Virus record (IMG/VR): IMGVR_UViG_3300027901_000780
Source of the DNA: an uncultured virus (IMG/VR IMGVR_UViG_3300027901_000780)
Taxonomy: Duplodnaviria > Heunggongvirae > Uroviricota > Caudoviricetes
Direction: 5' to 3' (one strand)
Length of the DNA: 20,000 nucleotides
Shown here piece after piece: positions 9,345 to 16,958 of this stretch. Below the pieces are notes generated by a model. It did no database searches, was not told the DNA's origin, and saw only the letters and a program-made list of their open reading frames with translations. The stretch's first letter is position 1. Each line of letters opens with the position of its first letter. Made by a program: the position numbers and the translations under genes.

Positions 9345-10208
9345 ATGGATTTTTTAGAAATGTTAGGGATGAATGAAAGACCAGAAATATTGATAATAGA
9401 TGTAAGTGATGTACCAGAAGCATATCATAAAGTTAATGAATGTATATATCAATATGGTAGGAATTTTTTTATAGAATATGGAGAAAAAATGAGAAAAAAA
9501 GATGAGTATATACAACCAACAAAATTTATAATGGTTTGTATAAGAATAAAGAATCCAACAAATAGACCATTACAACATAATGGTCTTGATCCTAATAGTC
9601 CAAGTAGGTTTGAGTATGAATATCCATATTTAGATTTAATGAGTGCAAAGGGAACAAGAAAAGATATATATACATATGGAGATAGGATAAGAGGAAGAAA
9701 AATATATTATTGGATGGAAGCAAATGGAAAATTACATAAAATAAATAATGAAGATGAAATAGAAAGGATAAATAAATTACAAGAAGAAGGTAATATACCA
9801 AGTGATGCTGTATTTCTTGAAGAACCAGATCAATTTCAATGGGCAGTAGATTTATTAAAGGAACATCCATTAACAAGACAATGTATAATAACAATAGGGC
9901 GACCAGATGATGTAGAAGAAAAACATATACCATGTCTAAGAATGATACAATTTATGGTATATGAAGGTAAATTAAATATGATAGTATTCTTTAGGTCGTG
10001 GGATGCTTATGGTGGTGTTAATCTTAATTTAGCAGGATTAACAGTAATGTTAGAGGAAGTTTCAAGACAAACAAATATACCAGTAGGTGAATTAATAGCA
10101 TTTACGAGTAATGTTCATCATTATAAAGAGCAAGATAAAATAATAGAAAATTGGATTAAAAGTAGATTTGATAAAAGACTAAGAATTGATGAAATAAAAA
10201 AAGAATAG
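9345..10208 (+). CDS. thyA: Thymidylate synthase family protein, archaeal type (ThyA or dUMP-modifying homologue)
   Basis: YTYGDR, DQ, TRQ, catalytic PC(L), FRSWD, Asn at the E. coli N177-equivalent and H-x-Y. GGAGTTGA SD favours ATG 9345 over TTG 9336. Confidence 0.9.
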   Translation: MDFLEMLGMNERPEILIIDVSDVPEAYHKVNECIYQYGRNFFIEYGEKMRKKDEYIQPTKFIMVCIRIKNPTNRPLQHNGLDPNSPSRFEYEYPYLDLMSAKGTRKDIYTYGDRIRGRKIYYWMEANGKLHKINNEDEIERINKLQEEGNIPSDAVFLEEPDQFQWAVDLLKEHPLTRQCIITIGRPDDVEEKHIPCLRMIQFMVYEGKLNMIVFFRSWDAYGGVNLNLAGLTVMLEEVSRQTNIPVGELIAFTSNVHHYKEQDKIIENWIKSRFDKRLRIDEIKKE

Positions 10209-10223
10209 ATAGGAGATGATAAT

Positions 10224-10484
10224 ATGCCATTTAGTAGTGTTGATGATGATAAAAAAGAAGAAAAACCAAAAAAGATAGTTAAAAAAGAAGAAAAGAAAGA
10301 AGAATATAAAGGTGATCCTCATAATATAAATATAGAAACAAGAGAAGAATATGATGAAAGAGGATTAGAACAAAGAGTAAAATCAATAGAAAATTCACTA
10401 TTAGATATTAATTTAAAGATTGAGGCAATATTTAGTAGTGATAAAAAAGCAAAGAAGATGTATGAAAAGATAAAGAAAAGTTAG
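10224..10484 (+). CDS. Small charged coiled-coil protein (MPF start)
   Basis: MPFSSVDDDKKEEK...LEQRVKSIENSLLDINLKIE; GGAGATGA SD. Confidence 0.75.
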   Translation: MPFSSVDDDKKEEKPKKIVKKEEKKEEYKGDPHNINIETREEYDERGLEQRVKSIENSLLDINLKIEAIFSSDKKAKKMYEKIKKS

Positions 10485-10495
10485 GGTGTATTATT

Positions 10496-11191
10496 TTGCC
10501 ATTTACAGGTACAAATGAAATAGAAAAAATAGAAAAATCAGAAGAAAAAACAAAAAGAAAAAGGAAAACAGCAGGAGAAATATTTACTGAACAACAACAA
10601 GAAAAAGAGTTAAAAGATAAACTTGGTATATCTGGTGATATAGATGTGAAAATTGATGAATTAGGATTAAAAGGATATACTGGTATTGTATTAGGAGAAA
10701 AGTGTAAATATTTTGTAGAAGGTATGATTAATAAGGATAAACAAATACAGGCAACCTCAATAGATTTAACAGTTGGGACAATTTTTAGGTTAAGAGAAAG
10801 GAAGAAGCAAAATATTACAATAGATTTTGATAATAGTAAGAGGGTATTAGCAGAAGCAATATTATATAATAAAAATAAATTGGGAATATGGGAATTAAAG
10901 AAATCATCAGTATATAAAGGTAGAACAAATGAAATAATTACTTGTCCAGCAAATTTTAGTGGTATAGTATTACCAAGATCAACTTTATTAAGAAGTGGAA
11001 TAGAGATAATAGGAACATGGATTGATCCAACATTTCATGGACATATAGAGTTTTTAATTAAACCACATTTAAATATTGATATATATAAAAATGCAAGACT
11101 TGTACAAGTGTCAATGTTTAAAGGTGAAATACCAGATAAAAGATATTGGTATGCAATAAAAGGGACATATCAAGAAAATAGGGTGATATAA
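10496..11191 (+). CDS. dut: Trimeric dUTPase/dCTP deaminase superfamily protein, probably archaeal-type dUTPase, with ~60-aa MPF extension
   Basis: SIDLTV, PRSTLLRSG, WIDPTFHG, ARLVQ and GTYQ motifs. No Glu at the position equivalent to the E. coli Dcd catalytic E138. Confidence 0.8.
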   Translation: MPFTGTNEIEKIEKSEEKTKRKRKTAGEIFTEQQQEKELKDKLGISGDIDVKIDELGLKGYTGIVLGEKCKYFVEGMINKDKQIQATSIDLTVGTIFRLRERKKQNITIDFDNSKRVLAEAILYNKNKLGIWELKKSSVYKGRTNEIITCPANFSGIVLPRSTLLRSGIEIIGTWIDPTFHGHIEFLIKPHLNIDIYKNARLVQVSMFKGEIPDKRYWYAIKGTYQENRVI

Positions 11192-12244
11192 ATGCCTTTT
11201 GTTGATTCAGATAATATTGGAATTATAGAGGAAACGAAAACAATAGAAAAATTTAATTTTAATGAAAGAGATATAATAAAGGATGTAATAGAAAAACAGG
11301 GATTCTCAGTAATAGTGACAACACCAGATAAGTTAATACTTGATTCAAGAAATGAAATATGTTGTAAAAGGAGTTATTGCAGTAGTTATAATAAAAAGTG
11401 CTACTGTCCTCCATATTCTTTATCATTAAAACAGTTTGATGAATTAAGACAAAAATATAAATATTGTATAATAATAATAAGTGTAGTAAGTCCAGAAGAA
11501 TGGAGTTATGTATTAAAGGGAAATGAGTTTGATGAAAAGAAACATAAGGTATATTTTAGAAGGTGGGTACAAAATATAACATGGGGTATTTATAGAAAGA
11601 AGTTATATCCGATATTTAGGGATACTGATAGTTATTTATTATTTGGTACATCAGTAAGTAGGTGTAACAAATGTAGGGAAATGAAAAAGGGAGAATATAT
11701 TAATAATAAATGTAAAACAGGGATTGCATGGTCATCACCAGAAGCGGTAGGAGTAAATATTGGAAAAACATTAGAGCAATTTAATTTTTCATTAAAATTT
11801 GGTGTAACATATGATATAACGAGGGTGGCAACTATTTTAACAAATGAAAATATACATTATAATGAATATATTAATATAATAAAAGTTCCAAAATATAAAC
11901 AAACATTTATGTCATTAAAAGAAATGGTTAATTTTATGTCAAAGGAAATAGAAGATAAAGTTTATATATTAAAGACAAAAACAAAACATATTACAGTTAA
12001 TCAATGGAAAGAATTAAATGGAAAGAAGGTAGATAATATAGATTGGAAATTATGGGATTATTTTATCATATTTGAATGTAATTATAAGGGTTATGGTAAA
12101 GGTAGAGAAAGAAATATTGAAAAAATAAAAGAGATAGCATTTATGAATAATTTTCCTTATGTAGTGATAATAGATGAAATATTTAATAGGGTAGAATGTG
12201 ACTTTTTGAAACCAAATACACCATTTGGGGTAGCATTAATATGA
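11192..12244 (+). CDS. DUF2284-like predicted metal-binding protein with C-terminal extra domain (MPF start)
   Basis: C...CSSY...CPPY, CxxC...C and SPEAVGVNI match the DUF2284 pattern as I recall it. Confidence 0.7.
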   Translation: MPFVDSDNIGIIEETKTIEKFNFNERDIIKDVIEKQGFSVIVTTPDKLILDSRNEICCKRSYCSSYNKKCYCPPYSLSLKQFDELRQKYKYCIIIISVVSPEEWSYVLKGNEFDEKKHKVYFRRWVQNITWGIYRKKLYPIFRDTDSYLLFGTSVSRCNKCREMKKGEYINNKCKTGIAWSSPEAVGVNIGKTLEQFNFSLKFGVTYDITRVATILTNENIHYNEYINIIKVPKYKQTFMSLKEMVNFMSKEIEDKVYILKTKTKHITVNQWKELNGKKVDNIDWKLWDYFIIFECNYKGYGKGRERNIEKIKEIAFMNNFPYVVIIDEIFNRVECDFLKPNTPFGVALI

Positions 12245-13062
12245 ATGATATAGAATTAACAATAGAACCAAGTTATAAATGTATGTTAGGTTGTAAAATA
12301 TGTAGTAGTATTGGTATAGATGAAAATATTATACTAAATAATGAAGAGTTAGAAGCAATTTTATTAAAGATAGGAAATAAAGTAAAAGTTATAAGGTTGA
12401 GTGGAGGAGAACCATTATTAATACCTATTAAAAAATTAATTAGTTATATAGAATTAATCAATGAATATTGTAATGAATTGGAAACATTTGAAATATTAAC
12501 GAGTGGTGTTATTAGAAATTTGTATATGTCAAATAGGTTTTTAGTGGTTTGTAAGGTAGAGGCAATGTTTCATAGGACAAATGCTAAAAATAAGAGAGTT
12601 TGTATTACTTTATATGGAGAACATTTATTTCATGAAGAAATAACTAATATAAAAGGAAGTTATGAATTAACATTGGGAGTTATAAATACTTTAAGATCAA
12701 ATAATATAGATGTATATGTTGAAACACCAATAATATCTTATGGTAGTATGGGTATTATTGATATATGTAGATTAAATAATTTACAATTAAAAGTATTAAA
12801 ATTATTAAAACATGGAAGGGCGAAAAATTTACCAGTTTTTTCAAAGAGGAAGCAACAGTATGTTGTTAAGTTAATGAAGGAAAAATATAATGATATAATT
12901 ATATCAAATTCATTATTGGATAATAATATTTGTAAGTGTGATAGAAAAAATAAGATAACAATATTACCAGATGGGACATTTGTTCATTGTGTTGGTACAA
13001 AACAATTAAGAATACAAGATAATATATTAGATATAAAAGGGAAAATATGTGAGATGATATAA
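12241..13062 (+). CDS. Radical SAM enzyme with truncated Twitch/SPASM-like tail
   Basis: CMLGCKIC (CxxxCxxC), LSGGEP and C-terminal C...ITILPDG...C. Confidence 0.9.
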   Translation: MNDIELTIEPSYKCMLGCKICSSIGIDENIILNNEELEAILLKIGNKVKVIRLSGGEPLLIPIKKLISYIELINEYCNELETFEILTSGVIRNLYMSNRFLVVCKVEAMFHRTNAKNKRVCITLYGEHLFHEEITNIKGSYELTLGVINTLRSNNIDVYVETPIISYGSMGIIDICRLNNLQLKVLKLLKHGRAKNLPVFSKRKQQYVVKLMKEKYNDIIISNSLLDNNICKCDRKNKITILPDGTFVHCVGTKQLRIQDNILDIKGKICEMI

Positions 13063-13871
13063 TGCCATTTGTTAGTAGTGAAGAAAATATAATAGATGGT
13101 GCAAAAGAATTTATATTAGATTATTTAAAAGAGAATGAGGGGGAATCATTTACTGCTGAATTTTTGGCAGAACAATATGGTTATAAGGTTTCTTATGTAA
13201 AAACTGCATTGAATAGACTATTAAAAGAAAATAAAATAAAAAGAAAGAAGGTAGAAGATAAATTTGAATATTGGTATGAAATACCAAAAAAGAAAAAGAA
13301 AATAAAGGTTATGCCATTTTCGATAACTATATCATTTAAATATCCACAAACAGATAAACATCCAGATGGAAGATTTATAGAAGCAAGATCAAGAGTATTT
13401 TATGCAGTACCAAGTGAATTAGAGAGAATAAAGAAATTTGCTGTAAAAGAAACTGTAAAATTTCTATCTTCATATAGTAGTATATTATTATTGGGCGAAT
13501 TAAGTAAATATAGGAAAACTGGTATTACTGAATTAGAGGATGAACCAATTGAAAAAGAATTAGAGGAAGTAAAAGAATATACAGTAGTTATGGATATATT
13601 TGATTGGGATTATAGTAAGGTAAGATTTGAAGAAATAAAAACATATGATATAAGTGGTAATAAGTTAAAGGATGAAATGAAAAAACCACATTTAGGTATA
13701 TTAAGGGCTATGTTATTACAAGAAGAATTAGAAAGAAAAGGAATAAAAATGTCAATAGAAGAAATAATGGAAAAAGAGAAAGCAGGAGAAAAAGAAATAG
13801 GTGGAATTAAATTTAAAGGATTTATAAGTAGATGGGAAAAAATATATAGGGAAACATATGGTGAAGAATAG
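13062..13871 (+). CDS. Protein with N-terminal winged-helix domain (MPF start)
   Basis: ILDYLKEN...FTAEFLAEQYG...VKTALNRLLKENKIKR...YW is a wHTH pattern. Confidence 0.75.
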   Translation: MPFVSSEENIIDGAKEFILDYLKENEGESFTAEFLAEQYGYKVSYVKTALNRLLKENKIKRKKVEDKFEYWYEIPKKKKKIKVMPFSITISFKYPQTDKHPDGRFIEARSRVFYAVPSELERIKKFAVKETVKFLSSYSSILLLGELSKYRKTGITELEDEPIEKELEEVKEYTVVMDIFDWDYSKVRFEEIKTYDISGNKLKDEMKKPHLGILRAMLLQEELERKGIKMSIEEIMEKEKAGEKEIGGIKFKGFISRWEKIYRETYGEE

Positions 13872-14482
13872 TGGAAATAGATATTAATAGTATATCAAAG
13901 GTAAATGAAAAAATGGGTAAGTATTCTATTAGTGAAATAATAAATATATTACTTTATAATAGGGATGTTGATATTGAATTAATGAATGAAAGATATAAGA
14001 ATAAAGAAATAGAAATACCAGAATTAAGTTTATATTATATTAGTTTTGATTATGATGATAATAATGAGTTAAGAAAATTGAAAATGTATTTTAATGTTAA
14101 ATATATATTTGATAATAAAGATATAATAATACATAAAACTGTTCGTGGGGTACATTTTATAGTAGATAATATATTTCCAACAGATATTGGAATAAAAAAT
14201 AGTATTAACATTAGACATGCAGTAAATGATGATAAATGGAGAATATTTTGTGGAGAAGGAAGGGGAGGAGATACATTATATTTTACATCACAAGTAATAT
14301 GGAGTGTAGATAATGATAATATAATAATACACAAAGAACATAAATATAATACAATTGATGAAAAAAATTTACTTTGTAATCCTTTTTTCAGTAAAATAAG
14401 ATTAAAGAAAAAAAATAATAATACTAAAAATATAGAAAAAAGAAAGAAGAAAAGAAGAAATATGAGAATAAATAAAAAATAA
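13871..14482 (+). CDS. Small protein with AEP (archaeo-eukaryotic primase)-like motifs and basic tail
   Basis: hhhDxD (ISFDYD), TxRGxH (TVRGVH) and downstream DD. GTG start overlapping TAG. Confidence 0.5.
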   Translation: MEIDINSISKVNEKMGKYSISEIINILLYNRDVDIELMNERYKNKEIEIPELSLYYISFDYDDNNELRKLKMYFNVKYIFDNKDIIIHKTVRGVHFIVDNIFPTDIGIKNSINIRHAVNDDKWRIFCGEGRGGDTLYFTSQVIWSVDNDNIIIHKEHKYNTIDEKNLLCNPFFSKIRLKKKNNNTKNIEKRKKKRRNMRINKK

Positions 14483-14552
14483 AATAACCAATAAAGTGAA
14501 GGTCAAATTTCCATTGAGTTTTCGGGAATTTCTTAAAGTTTTGGTTAATTTT
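14481..14552. terminator. Long imperfect hairpin at the end of the operon
   Basis: AAAATAACCAA...TTGGTTAATTTT outer stem and AAATTTCC/GGGAATTT inner stem. Confidence 0.4.
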
Positions 14553-14568
14553 AGGGAAGAAAAACAAT

Positions 14569-14761
14569 GATACTTATTTATAAGTGTATTGGACTGACAA
14601 TCTACTACACATCTAATACACATATTATAACGGTATTAGAACCATCTAAGATAGATACCCTTTATAAATGTTTCGGTCAGATATAACATTGTTATAACCT
14701 ATTCTAAGTCACTTGGGGATGCTCAGTTTATCGTTTTGATACTCATATATAAGTGTTTTGG
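14569..14761 (-). promoter_or_regulatory. Three direct repeats (starts 14569, 14654, 14738) resembling archaeal BRE-TATA promoters on the minus strand
   Basis: + strand GATACTTATTTATAAGTGTATTGG, GATACCCTTTATAAATGTTTCGG and GATACTCATATATAAGTGTTTTGG. Reverse complements begin CCAATACACTTATAAA, CCGAAACATTTATAAA and CCAAAACACTTATATA. Confidence 0.6.
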
Positions 14762-14894
14762 GAGAATGAAAATTAAGTGCCGATCAGTTTAATGAGTATA
14801 TATGAAGAAATACATGAATAGAAATATCATGTATGATGAATCATTATACCAAAACAAAACACAAAACACAAATAAAGAAAAAAAGGATGAATGA

Positions 14895-15464
14895 ATGAAA
14901 ATGGCAAAAGATAGTTTAGATACAGAAGATAAAGAATTAATGGAAGTATTAGAAAGTATAGGAATAGGAAATGTAAAGACATCTCGAGAATTTATAGAAC
15001 ATTTAGAAGCATTAGAGAAAGAAAAAGGAATTGCTGGATTCGGTGGTAAAGAGAAAGTCATCTATAAGGATAAATTTGATTCTATTTTTAAATCCATAGT
15101 AAAATATGTTAAATCAAGTAACTTTTTTACTACGGGAATAATTAGACAACATCTTATAGATGAAAAGGAATTAAAGGAAACAACACAAGTAAGAAAGAGA
15201 AAAGGAAAAGAGAAAAAGGTTAAAGTGTTAGTTACCAATGATAAAGAGGAAAATGTATTTAGCGATAATGTAATGAGAGCATTGTTAAATGAAATGTGTA
15301 AAGATAAAATTGTTATCAGATGGTTACCACCAGAAGATAGCGATGACGGATGGACTACAAGAGATAAGAAGAATGAGAAGACTGGAGAGGTAACTACATA
15401 CAAAATACCTATTAAGACAGCCTATTTTATCAATCCTAAGCATGATGTATTTAAAGGAAAATAA
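14895..15464 (+). CDS. Basic, possibly DNA-binding hypothetical protein (stand-alone gene)
   Basis: 189-aa ORF (start may be ATG 14901) flanked by intergenic DNA; wHTH-like spacing (FTTGIIRQHL...MRALLNEMCKDKIV). Confidence 0.75.
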   Translation: MKMAKDSLDTEDKELMEVLESIGIGNVKTSREFIEHLEALEKEKGIAGFGGKEKVIYKDKFDSIFKSIVKYVKSSNFFTTGIIRQHLIDEKELKETTQVRKRKGKEKKVKVLVTNDKEENVFSDNVMRALLNEMCKDKIVIRWLPPEDSDDGWTTRDKKNEKTGEVTTYKIPIKTAYFINPKHDVFKGK

Positions 15465-15491
15465 AATTCCTTTAATTTTAACCTTTTTTTT
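15465..15491 (+). terminator. Pyrimidine/T-tract terminator, archaeal type
   Basis: TTCCTTTAATTTTAACCTTTTTTTT immediately after the stop codon. Confidence 0.5.
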
Positions 15492-15553
15492 AAATGATGA
15501 ATTTTTAAAAAGTAAAAACATTAAACAACATAAATATAAAAGGATTGATAAAT

Positions 15554-15823
15554 ATGGATGAAATACCTTCTAATGAAGAAATACAAAAAATATTAAAAAA
15601 AGAATTTATAAGAGAAATACCAGAAGAATTTGATAACAGAAATAAACTAAGTGAATCGAATACAAAAACAAAGATATGGTATTCATCACAAATGATGGAT
15701 TCAATAATAAATGTATTTCAAATTGAATATAATAAAGGAAATAAATTCATATTACCTATACTTAAATCGTTAAGGGATACTAAAACAACTATGTTAAATA
15801 AAATGAAAGAACTAAAAAAATAA
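15554..15823 (+). CDS. Hypothetical protein
   Basis: ORF with AGGATTGA SD-like sequence favouring ATG 15554 over TTG 15545. Confidence 0.65.
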   Translation: MDEIPSNEEIQKILKKEFIREIPEEFDNRNKLSESNTKTKIWYSSQMMDSIINVFQIEYNKGNKFILPILKSLRDTKTTMLNKMKELKK

Positions 15824-15844
15824 ATAAATTTAATAATATCGTAT

Positions 15845-15901
15845 AATTCCCTTATGTGATCGTTAATGCAATAAATAACGATTGCATAAGGGAATTTTTT
15901 T
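15845..15901 (+). terminator. 21-bp stem-loop followed by T-tract (terminator or structured RNA)
   Basis: AATTCCCTTATGTGATCGTTA / 10-nt loop / TAACGATTGCATAAGGGAATT; the two DNA mismatches are G:U pairs in + strand RNA. Confidence 0.7.
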
Positions 15902-16207
15902 ATTTAATATAAAATTAAGAAAAGTAAATAAATGTAATAATATAGTTGATATATCCTAATCATTATAGATATATTATAATGGAGGAATATATATCAATAA
16001 AATGATGAGTTATATTATATAAAGGATGAAATATAAGAAGATATTCCACCAATAAAATATTTTTACCATTTTTATCACTAAAAGAAAAAAACAAATAGAA
16101 AATAAATAAAATACATTAAACTTTATATTATATAATAATGATGATTATTGATATTTATAATAATAATAATCAATAAATAAATAAATAATAAAGGAGATGA
16201 ATAAATA

Positions 16208-16693
16208 ATGCCATTTGCAAGTGCAGATGATATGGAAGAAAAGAAGGAAGAAAAGAAAGTAGAAAAATCAGAAAAAGTAGAAAAACCAAAGAAAACAGTA
16301 CAAATTAAATTAGAAGAACAAAGAGGAAATTTAGTTGATAAAATAAATCAAATAATAGAAGCAAGAATAGATGAGAAATTTAGATATTTAGAAGAAAGAT
16401 TAGATAAAATTGAAAAACAAATTAATGAATGGAAAGTGGAAGAATCTGAACAAGAAACAAAAGAAGAAGAAATGTCAGATGAAGAAGAAGGTGATGATGA
16501 AGAAGAAACAACTAATCCTTGTGGTGAAGATACATGTGAAATATGTTTTGATGATATAACTTGTACTGAATGTGTTAATGCAAAGTTAGAAAGAGTAGGA
16601 GATAAGACAAATGCAAAGTTAGTATTTAGAAAATGTCTTAGAAATGAAGGTGAAGAACCAAGACATATAGAATGTGATCAAGATGAACAATAA
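16208..16693 (+). CDS. Acidic coiled-coil protein with Cys-rich C-terminus (MPF start)
   Basis: MPFASADDMEEKKEE, heptads, Glu/Asp tract, then C-CEIC-CTEC-C-H-C; AAGGAG SD. Confidence 0.8.
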   Translation: MPFASADDMEEKKEEKKVEKSEKVEKPKKTVQIKLEEQRGNLVDKINQIIEARIDEKFRYLEERLDKIEKQINEWKVEESEQETKEEEMSDEEEGDDEEETTNPCGEDTCEICFDDITCTECVNAKLERVGDKTNAKLVFRKCLRNEGEEPRHIECDQDEQ

Positions 16694-16904
16694 TAAAATA
16701 ATATTATCAAAAAATCAATATATAGAAAAGGTAACGGATATAATAATGGGAAAAATACCGACAAGTAATATGAATATATATCATTTTTTAGTTGAAACAT
16801 TAAAGATAGGATTATTTTCTTGGAATAATGATATAATTGAATTAGTAGAGAAATATTTAGGAAAAGATATAATTGAAGAAATTGATAAATATATGTATGA
16901 ATAA
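16683..16904 (+). CDS. Small hypothetical protein
   Basis: ORF overlapping the previous stop (ATG 16683; track start 16674), followed by a T-tract. Confidence 0.6.
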   Translation: MNNNKIILSKNQYIEKVTDIIMGKIPTSNMNIYHFLVETLKIGLFSWNNDIIELVEKYLGKDIIEEIDKYMYE

Positions 16905-16958
16905 AATATAAATTTTTTTTAAACAAATAAATTTAATAAAGAAAAATGGGGTGATAAT

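Noticed and set aside
13311..13330. Internal in-frame MPFSITISF in the wHTH gene, preceded by AAAGGT
   Set aside because: It could be a second start or a fusion seam, but it lacks the acidic tail of the true tags and the SD is weak, so it is not counted.
14402..14623. Minus-strand 73-aa ORF downstream of promoter-like repeat 2
   Set aside because: It overlaps repeat 1, the hairpin and the end of the 13871 gene, and has no recognisable motif. Not excluded, but unsupported.
14569..14761. Possible mini-CRISPR array
   Set aside because: The repeats are degenerate and TATA-like, the spacers (~60 nt) are too long, and no cas genes are in the window.
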